Source: the human T2T-CHM13v2.0 reference genome, Homo sapiens. From it: a stretch of 64,000 bases of DNA. Below the pieces are notes generated by a model. That model searched no databases. It saw nothing but the letters and a program-made list of their open reading frames with translations, and was not told where the DNA came from. The DNA is taken from the NCBI RefSeq assembly GCF_009914755.1, contig NC_060935.1. One strand, 5' to 3'. The position numbers and the translations under genes are program-made. Positions 15,393-29,185 of the stretch are shown in pieces (the stretch's first letter is position 1; the number at the start of each line of letters is the position of its first letter).

Positions 15393-16384
15393 GCAGACAT
15401 GGTTTTGTTGGATGTTAACAAATTGCCTTTTAAAAAGACTTTTTCAACTTACTCTCTCGACAACAGTATAGAGTCCATTTTCCTCAAATCCTTGCCAAAC
15501 CTTTTTCATTGTTTTGATATTTTACTATCTGCTAGATTAAAATATCTCATTGTTTTAATTTACATTTCCTTGATTACTACAGAGCAGTAGCATTTATGTT
15601 AATCGACCATTTGTATGTTTTCCGTGATTTCTTGTTTATAAGACTTAAATCTGAAAACCAGTTCTATCTTTTGGGTATTTGTGATCTTGATTGCTAATGG
15701 CATGCTTTTTTGTTGTTGTTTTTCCATTCTATTATATATTTATTCTATTAAAAGTTTTCTGACATTTTATGGTGTTTTTAAATGGAAGGAGAGTATTAAC
15801 ACATGCTCAGTCCTTCATCTGGATATACATCTTAATGGAAAGGATTTTGTAGTATTGGTTCTTGTTATGTAAGGATGTGCAGTTAATGCATGTTGAAATG
15901 AAAAAATTCTAGGAAGATATTACTTCAGTATTGATATCTTTTAATGTTTTCAGTTTATATAAGACTTAGCCATCTTTGTCTTTTGAAATAGATTTATCTC
16001 TAAAAAATGTTATTTATTGGTTGAATTAAGCTTATTATATACACCATTATTTCTTCTGCTTTGCTTGTTAGATGCTTAACTTTGACTTCATGGTTCAATA
16101 ATAGTTGCTTTGTTTTGATTTGGGAAACACATAATCCAGGATGGTCTTGTCTTCTTTGAATCATTGGACTCTGAAAGACTGAAGGTGGGGGAAAAGATTG
16201 AAGGTGGGGGAAAAGCAGCCTTGCTTCTAGACTATTCATTTTCCTGGTTTTTACATTGGGAAAGGTGAACTGCTTTCAGTTATTCTGTGGAGCATATGAG
16301 TGGCTTAGGCTTTCTTTGGATTGGTTTCTCGACCTATCCATTTTCTTTTTTTCTTCCTCCGTTCTGGTTCTCTTTTTAAAAAAG

Positions 16385-16533
16385 TAAATGAGGTCTTGCT
16401 ATGTTGTCCAGGCTGGAATGCGTTGGCTATTCACAGGTGTACACTACAGACTGAAACTCTTGGCCTCAAGTAATCTTCCTGCCTCAGCTGGCTGAGTAGG
16501 TGGGGCTACAGGCACGTACCACCTTCCCTGGCC
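16385..16533 (-). mobile_element. Alu monomer (FLAM/FAM-like)
   Basis: ggctattcacagg monomer signature; ttctggttc flanks both sides. Confidence 0.75.
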
Positions 16534-17220
16534 TTCTGGTTCATTTTCAAGGGGTATTTTCTCCCCATTGTGGGCTGAATTATTCAAGTAGTAAGCATGC
16601 AGTTTTTTAGTCCTTAGCCAGAGAACAGACTAGTCAGATATAGTCAATGGGTTACTGAAGTGATTAGTAGCTCTATAAGGCAGTCATTAACTTGTGAAGG
16701 GATATTTTAAAGGTAAGTAAACTTTTAGGACCTAATTATCTTCGAAATTACATTTTAAAGTTTCCTTTTATTAACTTACTGCCTTGAACTGTAAAATATT
16801 AATATAAAGTACTTTATTAAAATGAACATTGCACTTAAATCCATTTGGCTGTGTAGTGTATCATGAACTGAATGTTGAGCTGGCCTTTTTCTTATTTTTA
16901 TTTATTTATTTAAAAAGTAGCTTTATTTATCTAGAAAGTTTAAAATATGTTGTTATACCACAGAACAAGCAGATTATTTTTAAAAGCTTTTTCTTATTCG
17001 ATTATAAATCTTTCAAGATAGATCTGTTTGTTTTAGTCTCTTTAACTCCACTGTGTCTAATATAATATCTTGCACATAGCTCTTCACCAAGTACTTATCT
17101 AATTGAATTTCTAATCATCTAGTTTCACAGCCCCTTCTCTTATTAGAAATGACTTGTGAAGGATGTATATATGGCTGGTTCATGATACAGCTAGATATAT
17201 TTTATGATTTCTGGGGATTT

Positions 17221-18590
17221 GGCTGGGCACAGTGGCTCACATCCCAGCACTTTCGGAGGCTGAGGTAGAAGGATCATTTGAACCCAGGAGTTCGAGACCA
17301 GCCTGGGCAATATAGTGTGTTGTGGGAAGTCAGGGACCCCAAACGGAGGGACCGGCTGAAGCCATGGCAGAAGAACATGGATTGTGAAGATTTTACGGAC
17401 ATTTATTAGTTCCCCAAATTAATACTTTTATAATTTCTTATGCCTGTCTTTACTGCAATCTCTAAACATAAGTTTCGAAGATTTCATGGACACTTATCAC
17501 TTCCCCAGTCAATACCCTTGTGATTTCCCATGCCTGTCTTTACTTTAATCTCTTAATCCTGTCAGCCGAGGAGGATGTATGTCGCCTCAGGACCATGTAA
17601 TAATTGCATTAACTGCACAAGTTGTAGAGCATGTGTGTTTAAACAATATGAAATCTGGGCACCCTAAAAAAAGAACAAGATAACAGCAATGTTTAGGAAA
17701 CGAGAGATAACCTTAAACTCTGACCACTGGTGAGCCGGGTGGAACAGAGTCATATTTCTCTTCTTTCAAAAGCAAATGGGAAAAATATCGCTGAATTCTT
17801 TTTCTCAGCACGGAACATCCCTGAGAAAGAGAATACCCACCTGGGAGTGGGTCTCTGAACTGGCCCCCCTGGGCGTGGTCATCTCTTATAGTCGAGACTG
17901 CAGAGATGCAATAGACTTCAGTCTCCCATAGCGCTCCCAGGCTTATTAGGAAGAGGAAATTCCCACCTAATAAATTTTGATCAGACCGGTTGATCTCAAA
18001 ACCCTGTCTCCTGATAAGATGTTATCAATGACAATGGTACCCGAAACTTCATTAGCAATTTTAATTTCGCCTCGGTCCTGTGGTCCTATAATCTCACCCT
18101 GCCTCCACTTGCCTTGTGATATTCTATTACCCTGTTAAGTACTTGATGTCTGTCACCCACACCTATTCACACACTCCCTCCCCTTTTGAAAATCTCTAAT
18201 AAAAACTTGCTGGTTTTTGCGGCTTGGGCATCACGGAACCTACTGACATGTGATGTTTCCCCTGGATGCCCATCTTTAAAATTTCTCTCTTTTGTACTCT
18301 GTCCCTTTATTTCTCAAGCTGGCCGATGCTTAAGGAAAATGGAAAAGAACCTACATGAATATCGGGACAGATTCCCTGATAGTAGTGAGACCTCGTCACT
18401 ACAAAAAATTTTTTAAAAAATTAGCCGGGCATGGTCGTGCATGCTTGTGGTTTCAGCTACTCAGGAGGCTGAGCTGGGGAGATTGCTTGAGCCTGGAAGG
18501 TTGAGGCTGCAGTGAGTCGTGATTGCATCCCTGCCCTCCCACCTTAGCAACAGAGCAAGACCCCGTCTCAAAAAAAGAAAAAAAAAAAAA
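17221..18590 (+). mobile_element. AluJ split by the MER11 LTR (halves 17221-17317 and 18388-18590)
   Basis: Alu sequence ggcaatatagtg resumes as agacctcgtc after the LTR. Confidence 0.88.
17318..18381 (+). mobile_element. MER11 solo LTR (HERV-K/HML-8)
   Basis: Start tgttgtgggaagtcagggacccc, internal duplicated gaagattt..atggaca..ttat unit, AATAAA 18198, end ...ttccctgata; 6-bp TSD atagtg/gtagtg typical of HERV-K. Confidence 0.9.
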
Positions 18591-19924
18591 GATTTCCAGT
18601 GGTTTTTTTTTTTTTGCTACACTATTGCTATTTTTTCTTCTTTCTTTTGAAATGTTATATAATTGAAGAAATGCCCACTTTTAGCATGTGCTAGCATATC
18701 TCTTTCTAGAACCAGAAAATAAGTATAGAATCTCATAGTATATCTTTAAGATATACAGGTAACAGGTGTGGTATTAAGGAGAAGGAAAAATTCTCAATAG
18801 AATGTTTAAATTTTAACTACATGAGGGAAGAACAGTTAATTTATAGGATGTTCAGAATCCAAGAACATTAGATATGGTTGTTGTCTCCTTTTGCTATTTA
18901 TAACTACCCAGATGTGGAGAAACAGTTTTATCAAATAATGTGCTTTTCAAAGAAAAGAACACACTTGGAGCATTCAAAACACGATCAAATTCAATTAGAA
19001 TAGCAGGTTACTCAGGTTATTTCTGCAGTGTGCTGTTTTTCCTCGTCTTATTGTTTAGGGTCAGGATCAGTAGTTATAAGGTTACTATATTAGTATAATT
19101 ATTTTTATGGTTTAAGTATTAATAAAATCACTTAACTACTACTTGGAAGCCAAATTAAGGAATTTTCCAGAAGCTGTTACAACTGTTGTCTCTAGTATAA
19201 AATAAAATATTTTGTTAAAATATGTAATGAGTGAAGCTTTTAATAAATTAGAATAGCTTTATTTTTTTCTGCTTATGAACATAAGCAGAATTGTGCATTT
19301 CTGTTAATTGGGAAAAAACCTTCAGGTTATCAAAAAGTTTTAAAGCAGAAAGGGAAAATCGCCAGTAATCCTGCCACTTAATAAACATGTTTAAATGTTT
19401 ATCAAAAATTTAAGCTTAAGACTTTTTAAAAAATAGATTTTAGATCACATTATGCATGCCACTTTTACTGCCCTTTTAAAATTTAGCATCTCGTATGAAG
19501 TTTTCCATATTAATATAGATCTATGTCAACATTTTTAATGGCTATATAGAATTATAGAAAATATTGTAATATATCACATATATGCCAATATTTTCCCTAA
19601 ATCCAAAACCATTCAAGAGTCAGAAATAACTTTTAAAAATATAATATGTAAAAAAGATTCCATAAGATAAACTGATTTTTAAAATACCCATCTCTAGCCA
19701 AATTTGTTTAAAAACTCACAAGTAATCTGCTTTCAGTGATGATTGTTCCTCTAAAATTGCAAACTTGGTTATATTTTTCCAGATTCAAATCAGGGTTTAA
19801 GGTCTTATTTGCTGTTTACATTTGAGAGTAAACTTTTTTGTTTATTGCAGACTTTTTAAAAAATGCAGGTGTTCAACAAATCATAATACAGATGATGTAG
19901 ATATTTTACCCTAAGCTGAGAAAC

Positions 19925-20120
19925 AGTAGTGTGATTAAGAGCTGACTACTTGAGTTCAAATCCTGGCTCTGCCACTTAATAGTGTGTGAATTTGGGCGAG
20001 CTATTTGAGTTCTCCATGTCTTAGTTTTCTGGTCTGTAAAATAGACATCATAGTACCAAGCTTATAGGGTTATTGTAAAATAGTGCCTGGTCCATAGTAA
20101 ACTGTATATAAGTATTATTA
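19925..20120 (+). mobile_element. MIR SINE
   Basis: gagttcaaatcctggctctgccactta...tctgtaaaat. Confidence 0.75.
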
Positions 20121-21029
20121 ATATTTAGTATTTGGAATTCTAAAAAATCTAGCACAAAGTAATCCCTTCTGTTGCTGCCATTTATTTGCTGCCTTTGGGT
20201 AAGAAATGGAAAACTCAAAAAGTCATAGTTGGAGGCTGGCAAGTTACTGATATGAAACACAAATTAATTCTCAATTTTCTTGAATTTGGACAGTGAAGGT
20301 GTGTCTTTGTCTTTTTACAATTGATTACTTAGAGCTCTTTCTGCTTCCCATAAGCAAGTGTCCCCCTCTTCATTCAGCCTTTCAGCTTGGCAGCTAAACA
20401 TGTGACTGATAATATATCTGCCGGTTCAATTTATATGTAAACTTGGATGCCTGCAATTCATTTTATATGCCTATCTACAAAATGCATGTAATAATTTAAA
20501 ACCTGTATTGAAGTAATTTTAAATATCTTATTACATAAGAAGAAAATTGGTAAAATATTATTTTTGCATAAATATTTAGATACGCTTAATTCTAAATCTA
20601 ACATTTAATTTGGAAGTGGTCTAGAATTTAAAGTGAAGAGAACATAGTATCATAAATGTGATTTCTTTAAAATTAGGTAAGAATCATAAGAGCAAGTCAG
20701 ATGCTTTGGTGCTATTTATGTGGTTTATCAAGTAAAAGTTATGGCTTTTATGCACGTTAGCCTTGTATGCAAGAGATCGTTTGCTGTGAGTTCAGGATGC
20801 TGTAAACAGGAGCTAAGAGTAGTCCTTTCACCCCAAATACATTGTTTTTGTGGACAGCATCAGCAATAGTCACCAGTCAGACCCTATAGAAGCCGTAGCT
20901 GTTAGTGCCAAGTGAGAGTCCAGGAAACAGAGGATATAAAGCATCAATTGCTCTAGATACCAAAGTAAACTGAAATGTTCTGACACCAGTTTGATTAACT
21001 AGTTTATGTTCTGAATCAGTGATTCTGAA

Positions 21030-21440
21030 GCAGTGGTCTCCAACTTTTTTTACCAGCTTGTATTATATTCCTTTCATGACCCCCATATGAATTTAAAGTA
21101 TTTTGATAGCTCTATTAAAGAAAAAGCTCTAGATATCAACAAAAAATGTATTCAGCCTACTTATTAATATGGTGATACTTAAGCTAGGCACAGTGGTGCA
21201 CACCTATAATCCCGGCTACTCGGGAGGCTGATGTGGGAGGATCACTGGAGCCTTGGCAACATAGTGAGACTCTGTCTCTAAAAAGCAAAGAGGATGATAT
21301 TTAATAGAGACAACCTTATGGACTATAAGTGTCTGATTTGTTAGATTTTTAAAAATACGTTAAAAATTAACTTAAAGATTCCCATTATTAGCTTGTGAAA
21401 CCCCCCTTAGAATGTAGGGTCCCAGTTTGAGAACCGTTGG
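21030..21440. mobile_element. Probable hAT-Charlie (MER5-like) relic with an inserted Alu monomer (about 21182-21285)
   Basis: Ends cagtggtctccaact ... agtttgagaaccgttg resemble Charlie TIRs. Confidence 0.5.
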
Positions 21441-21880
21441 CCCAGAGATAACCAGAACATGAGTAAAATGTTCATAACTCATAATTTACTGTTTCAGGTG
21501 CATCATTTTATTTTATAAGGAAAAACCTGTTACCTCTTGTCAGGAGAAAGATTAATTAAACACCGTGAGACTGTATGGTTCTACAGCGCTCCCAAATTAT
21601 TTCTTTAGTATACTATTATTGGATGGTGGTCCATTTAACCAGTTGAGATAAGAAAATCAGAAAATTATGGATATATAAGCTCTAGTCTTTAAAGTACCAT
21701 TGAGAAGCACTGCCCCCTATAAGCCCTATACCCATGGCACTGTCTGGTTGGTTACCTTTTACAGTGGAATTGAGAGTACAGTAGTTCATCACAAAGCATG
21801 GAACAGTCACCACAATAGGTATGGTTTGTGTCAAAAAATATCTTTGTTGGAAGGACCTTTTATAAAAATCAGTTAGTCCA

Positions 21881-22168
<288 letters not shown>

Positions 22169-22436
22169 TCAGTCCAATCTTACTTCAACAGCATTCTGCT
22201 TGTGAGCAACTTTGTCATTTTTGGTCAAGACTATAGTCTCAGCACTAAAAAATTGCCTAACATATAGAATCTGATGCACTGTAAATATTTGCGGAACTGA
22301 GCTTATTGAACACAGACCCTGTATCTGGAACTCAAGTAGGGGAGTGGAAATCAAGGATGCATAGGTTGCTGATTAAAAAAAGCTCACAGTATCTGGGGGA
22401 AAAGGGATTTGAAAACAAGTAATTGAACACAAGTAA

Positions 22437-22900
22437 TTTTTTTTGGGGGGGGGTGGGGACGGAGTCTTGCTCTGTCGCCCAGGCTGGAGTGCATTGGGGC
22501 AATCTCGGCTCACCGCAAGCTCCGCCTCCCGGGTTCACACCATTCTCCTGCCTCAGCCTCCTGAGTAGCTGGGACTACAGGCGCCCACCACCATGCCAGG
22601 CTAATTTTCTTTTTTTTTTTTTGAGATAGAGTCTTGCTTTGTCACCCAGGCTGGAGTGCAGTGGTGCAGTCTGCTCACTGCAAGCTCCGCCTCCCGGGTT
22701 CATGCTATTCTCCTGCCTCAGCCTCCCTAGTAGCTGGAACTACAGGCGCCCACCACCACGCCTGGCTAATTTTTTATATTTTTAGTAGAGACGGGGTTTC
22801 ACCGTGTTAGCCAGGATGATCTCGATCTCCTGACCTAGTGATCTGCCTGCCTCGGCCTCCCAAAGTGTTGGGATACAGGTATGAGCCACCGCGCCCAACC
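22437..22900 (-). mobile_element. AluY-like element with an extra right monomer (trimer)
   Basis: Right arm 22437-22605 plus full Alu 22606-22900 inside a single TSD aacacaagtaattt (22426 and 22902). Confidence 0.88.
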
Positions 22901-23480
22901 AAACACAAGTAATTTATATTAGAAGTCTGTGATAGAGATATGAGATATGTTCTGGGTGTTATGAAATATATTTTAAAATGCCTTATTTGAAATAGTGTGG
23001 CATGTATATATGTTTTAGTCTACATTCCAAGGATGGCTAGTTAACATCTTAAGTACTAACAGGGAATATACACTTTGGAGTAGTTACTTAGTGTTTAAAA
23101 GATTATAATCAGAATTTTCACTTCATAGGCTCCTATAAGCCCATCAATTATTTTAATCATCACCCAGCACCTGAGGTTTGTTAACAAGCATAACAGATGT
23201 TATAAATGATCTCAGAATTTTTGGTTTTTATAATATTCAACAGACATAAAACTGGGAAGAATAATAAAAATGAACCTCCATGTATCCATCACCTAGATTC
23301 AGTAATTATGTTGATAAACAATTATGAAGATAAATATTAATAATTTTTCATGAGGAAATGAGCATTATTCAAGATATGTGGATTGGCAGTAAATATTGTA
23401 CAGGCATTTCTGCCCTTGCATGAAGAGAATTTAAGAATACAGTGAGAGAATGAAATTGGACCCATATCATATACTATATA

Positions 23481-24319
23481 CAGCAGGTCATTGTTCAACA
23501 GTGATGTTATTTTGTTCAACATCATTTCATTATGACATTGATGAGAGAAAAAAAATCACTTCTCAGCCAGGGCCACTGTCTGCATGGAGTTTGCACGTTC
23601 TCCCCATATCTGTGTGGGTTTTTTCTGGATACTCTGGTTTCCTCCCGCATCTCAAAGATGTGCATGATAGGCGAATTGGCATGTCTACATTGTCCTAGTC
23701 TGAGTGAGTGGGTATGTGTGTGAGTGTGCCCTGTGATGGAATGGTGTCCAGTCAAGGGTTGGTTCCCATCTTATGCCCGGAGCTGCTAGGATAGGCTCTG
23801 GTCACCTGTAACCCTGAACTGGAATAAATAGGTTAGGAAACGAGTGAATAAATGAGTACAAATTTTTGTAAAATAACAATTTGTGAAGTGTATGATACTC
23901 ATACAAATGGAGAACGATAAACTATGCAGTACGAAAGTGCTCGGTGAGCCTGTCATATCTGTCATGTTTTTGCACTGCATGGTGGTAGGAGGTGCTCTTT
24001 AGAGTTTTTCTTTGCAAACATGTATTCTTTGATTTAACCCACCGCCACTGCAACCACTATCACTCACTGATTCACCAAAAATTGGGTAATTACCTTGCTT
24101 GTTTTTATCTTTCTTAAATGTATGTGTAGCTCTCATTTATCTCAGTGTTTAATATTAGAAGTAGTTGGGTCTTTATTTAGAAGTTTGGTGTTTTTTTGTG
24201 AATAGAAATATGCTGTAGGAACTTAACTCTTTTATACCAGTTAGCCTGTGGTAAAACTGTTTTATTATACGTTGTTTGCTTGAAGTTTCAGTTTCTGAGA
24301 ACCTATGGACGACGTTAAG
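23481..24319 (+). mobile_element. MER6 (TcMar-Tigger) DNA transposon inserted in an old L1
   Basis: TA|cagcaggtc start; gagtttgcacgttctcccc...ggtttcctccc core; gaacctatggacgacgttaag near the end. Confidence 0.85.
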
Positions 24320-26460
24320 AAATGTGTATCTAACAATGGACTTATATCCAGAATATATAAAGAACTCTTGCTAATCTAACTAGTAAGGTTTAAAAAAAAG
24401 GACAAAAGGTTTGAACAAATTCCACAAAATAAGATACACTTTCATGCAGTAGTAGTAGGAGTATAAAATATAACCACCATTGGAAACCTTTTGGCTGTTG
24501 TTCTATAAATTTAAACATACACTTAACTGTGTGATGCAGCAATTCCACTTGTAGCTATTTAGCCAACCAAAACAAAAACACCTGTCCACAAAATGACATG
24601 AATGTCCATAGTAGATTTATTCAAAATAGCCCAGAACTAAATAACAACCCAAATGTCCCACACTTGTGGATAAGCAAATTGTGGTTTATTCATAGAATGG
24701 GTTATATCTTATCCGTATAAAGGAGTGTCTTATTAGTAAACTCAGTAGCATGGATGAATTAGTCTCAAAAGTATCATGCAGAGTGAATGAAACTTGACAC
24801 AAAGAAATACATCCTGTATATTTTTATAATAGGCAAAACTAATATAGTAATCAGATTAGTGGTAGCCTGGGGCTAAGTGGTTTGAGAGATTGATTGCTAA
24901 TAGGTTCAAAAGGACTTTCTGGGGATGGTAGAAATGTTCTGTATCTTGATTAGGGAAATGATTACATGGATATATACATTTGACAAAACTCATTGAACTA
25001 TACATTCCATATGTGTCATATTATATGTAGTCTTATGATATAAAAAATGAATTCTTAATATAAAAAATGAATTCTAAGTAGACTGAAAGGTCAAATAATA
25101 AGCTCGTTAAAGATAACATGGGAGAATATTCTGATGACCATGGGGTAAGCAACATTTATAAATGGGATAGAAAAGGCACTAACCGTAAGGTAAAAGATTG
25201 ATAAATTGAACTGCATCAGAACCTGATACTTCTTGTTTTCTGAAGAGTACAGTTGACCATTGAATAAGAGAGATTTGAACTACGTGAGTTTATCTATATG
25301 CACATTTTTTTTTTCAACCCTACGGATTGAAAATCAGAATTCATGGATGCAAAATCTGCAGATACAGAGGGCCGACTTTTTATTTAGGCAGGTTTTGCAG
25401 GGCCTACTCTGAGACTTAAGTATGCATGGATTTTGGTATATGCGGGGTCCTGGAACCAATCCCCTACATATACCGAGCGACAGCTGTACTAAGATACTGA
25501 GAAAGTCAAGCTTCTGTGTGAGAGGGAGAAGAAGTATACATGTATATATATACACACACACGTACATACATATAAGATATATGTACATATGTATTCATAT
25601 ATTTTTCCTGACAATTGCTTCATATCCAAAAAATATAAAGAACTCTTACAAATTACTAGAGGAAAAAAACAAACATCTAAAAGAAAAAAGGGTAAAGATA
25701 TCAATAGACACTTCATAAAAGAGGATTTCCACATAATAAACATGTGAAGCTGTTGTAGCTGTTGTACATCTTTAGTCATTAGAGAAATACAAATTAAAAT
25801 AATGCAGTGCCAATATATACACATTGAAATGGCTAAAATTGACAAATAGTACTGAGTGTCAGCAAGGGTGGGAGCAACTGTCATTCTACACTGGGGAGGC
25901 AGGCGTGTAATCTGTACAACCAGTTTGGAAAACTGTGGCTGCGTACCTTATGACTCAGCAGTTTCTGTTCTAAGATACACTCCAGAGAACAGTGTGTATA
26001 CCTGCATACATATTCCGTAATATTTTTGGCACTCAATTTATAAATAGCCAAAAGTAGAAACTACTTAAATATCCATCAACAATAGGATGGTTAAATTGTT
26101 TTATTGTCAAACAACAGAATACTATAAAACAAAACAAGAAATAATAAACTATTTGTACCTGCATGGATGAATATCACAAATAGAATGTTGAGTGAAGGCA
26201 GAAAGATTCAGTAAACATGTAAGACTTCACTTATATAAAATTCAGAAATAGGTAAAATGATTTTTTTTGGTGTTAGAAGCCAGGATCATGGTTTCTACCA
26301 TAGTTCACTCACTTTTGGGTGAGGGGTGAGCATAAGGGCTGTATTGGTAATAAACTGTTTCTTGATCTTGGTGGTGGTGAATGGATAATTTATCATGTCT
26401 TACACTAATTATTTGTATACTTTTCTGTGTGTATATTATGCTTTGATTTAAAAAATTTTA
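24320..26460 (+). mobile_element. Old L1M(C/E) 3' fragments (at least two)
   Basis: ggacttatatccagaatatataaagaactc, gcaattccact, ttagtcattagagaaatacaaattaaaa and atccatcaacaatagga motifs. Confidence 0.75.
25250..25486 (-). mobile_element. MER8 (Tigger-derived MITE)
   Basis: TA|cagttgacc ... cgacagctg|TA; ggggtcctggaaccaatcccc. Confidence 0.85.
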
Positions 26461-27600
26461 GTTTTAGAAATTAATAAGGGAAAAGTAAAGATTCTTTTCG
26501 GGAAATAAATTGCTTAGTATTCCTGGTAGTGTGGCTGAGTATGAGATTAATGTGCAGATGTCAATAACTTTTCTCTAGTAATTAGCATCTGAAAATGGAA
26601 GCAGTAAAAATGACCTCATTTACAGTAGTGGATGGCTTCATTCTATCTCCTTGTTTAGGGTCCTGCTGCTTTTTAGCTCTATGGCTTTTCTGTTGTCTCT
26701 GCTGCAGTACCTGCCATGGGGACTTACTCAGGTTGTACAAGCCAATCAATGTGGAGTATTTAACACTCCATGGGGCACACTTTGGTCAATGGGATGTGGG
26801 AGCCAATAGATACATGCTTCCTTTTTTTTTCACCTCAGACTGTCAGTCTTGAGATACATTTCATATACCTGTAGCCAACTAATGGGCCAGCTATTGCAGC
26901 ACTTTATATTGGCTCTCTGTCTTTTTTGGTTATGCTGCTCTGTCCTTCTACACCTTGCAGAAGTATTCATGCATAAACCTTCTCAGACTGCCCTGGTCCT
27001 CACAACAAAGAATTATAGAGCCTGGCATGTCAGTTGTGCTGAGGTTGAGAAACTGGTATCTGAAGTCAATGATTTGCTTTAAAATCCAGGCTCTTCAGTA
27101 TTTAATGTCTATGATTTGAATTAAGACCATTGAGTCTTAATTTTTGTCTCTATAAAATAGTCATGATAAATAAATACAAACAGAGTCCTTAAGGATTAAA
27201 TGAGGTAAGTTTGATAAACTTAATGCCTAGAACATAGAAGAGTTCAACAAACAACAGCAATTGATATTTTTTATTCACATTTAAAATGCTACTTTCTCAC
27301 CCTCCCTTAGTCTTTTTCAGTATAAAAACTCTCTTCTAGAGACCAAGTTCTCAAATCCTTATAAATAACAACCAAAAGCAATGAAAACAAAGAAACAAAA
27401 ACTTGTACAGAACTCCATATTGAGAAAACACCAACATGATTCATTTGAATATTTAAATGGATACATGATTTTTTTCACTTTTGTAAATTTTTAGCTAATG
27501 GTCTGTTAGCAGTGGCTCAGCATTGCGGTGAAAATGTTGTTTGCCAGCAACACAAGTGCGTTGTCAAAAACTTTGAGAGCAGCAGTAAAAATTATTAGGA

Positions 27601-27735
27601 AGCCGGGCATAGTGGTTGACTCCTGTGATAACAGCACTTTGGGAGGCAGGAGGATCATTTGAGCTCAGGAGTTTGAGACCAGCCTGGGCAACATATTGAG
27701 ACTCTATTAAAAAATAAAATTAAGAAAAAAATAAA
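27601..27735 (+). mobile_element. Alu left monomer (FLAM)
   Basis: Monomer with A-rich tail. Confidence 0.8.
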
Positions 27736-27889
27736 CTATTTGGAGGCAGAAGGATACATTCTAAAACACTAGAAAAGCCAGAGAACATAGTATGTTAACA
27801 ACATTAAGCACCAAACAAAATAACACTAAGATATATAAAACAGGAAATGTAATATTTAGTTTTCTTAAAAATAGCAATATTTATGTATA

Positions 27890-28039
27890 TATTGGAGGGG
27901 GCTATCCTGTGCATTTAGGATGTTTAGTAGCACACAGACTCCACTTCCCCAGTTGTGACAATCAAAATTGTCTCCAGACTTGCCGAATGTTCTGGCAAGT
28001 TGGGGAGGGAGGCAGAATAATTCTTGGTTGAGAACTGCT
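27890..28039 (-). mobile_element. MER20 (hAT-Charlie) fragment
   Basis: cctgtgcatttaggatgtttag...cagttgtgacaatcaaaa..gtctccagac...ggttgagaactgctg. Confidence 0.75.
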
Positions 28040-29056
28040 GAGATAGACCTTGATTTGCATTCCATCCCCATGCCTATGGCAGTGTGAATTTAAACACGTT
28101 ACCTAACACTTAAACCTTAGTTTTCTTAAGTGAGATAATATAGACATAGTGCTTGGCTAAGCACCTGACACGTAGAGTTCAGTAAATGATAATTCCAATG
28201 ATGCTAAAACCTGTTCTCTTTTGAACCATTATGCTCCTCTGTCCTCTAAAAGTAAACCACCCCTTTGTATAGCCTGTAGTCAAGTTGTTGAATAAGGTCT
28301 TCTCATCTAAAATCTTCAGAAGACCTTAAATCTTTTATGTGGGCAGTTAGTGTAGACTATAGTTTTGTTTTCTCCCCAGCTGTGGATTTGCTTTCCTTTC
28401 CTCCGTGTTCCTGTTTGGATTGGGCAGAGTTGCCGGTACTTTTTTTTATTTTAATCTCCTCCTGGCATAGCATTGTGTTTGGTGTTCTTTGCATATTCAT
28501 AACCTCATGAATTAGACTAATATTTTAAAGATTAGTTCAGGCTTACAAAAATCAGACCTATAGAAATCAGAAACATAAGGCTAAGGCTTTGTTGTTGTTT
28601 ATTGTTGTGGGGTTTTTTTTTCCTGTTTTTGTGTGTTTGTTTTGTTTTGTTTTAAACCTGAGGCAGCAGCCTATCAAAAATATCCATTTGTTCTTTAGCT
28701 TAATTTTTTTCTTAAGAATAATTAAAAATATTAGTAGCCTATAATTGCTTTGATATACATCATCTTATTTAAATGTTATTAAAACTCTAGACAGTGAAAA
28801 AGGAAAAAAAGTAGAAATGGAATCTTGATGTACTATAGGTACACAGCAAGACTCTGTTAATAAATACTATTATATTGTTATCTCATTTACTCCTGCAGGT
28901 TAAGTTGCACTATCCCTCTTTTGAAGACAAGCAAATGATGCTTCCTTTGCTCACGGTCACCAAGGTTTTCATTCCAAAGCCCATGCTATTTTGATAATGC
29001 CATGCCACCTCCCCAAAATAAAGAGCATATCTCTCTGCCATAAATTTCTTTGTACA

Positions 29057-29185
29057 GCCAGGTTCAGTGGCTCATGCCTGTAATCCAGCACTTAGGGAGG
29101 CCTAGGCAGGCGGATTGCTTGAGCCCTGGAGTTCAAGACCAGCCTGGGCAACATAGTGAGACCCCATCTCTACTATTATAAAATT
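29057..29185 (+). mobile_element. Alu left monomer (FLAM_C-like)
   Basis: TSD aaatttctttgta at 29042 and 29192. Confidence 0.85.

Noticed and set aside
25038-25077. 20-bp tandem duplication (a similar one at about 47996-48042)
   Set aside because: Ordinary slippage duplications inside L1 relics; not an array or CRISPR.
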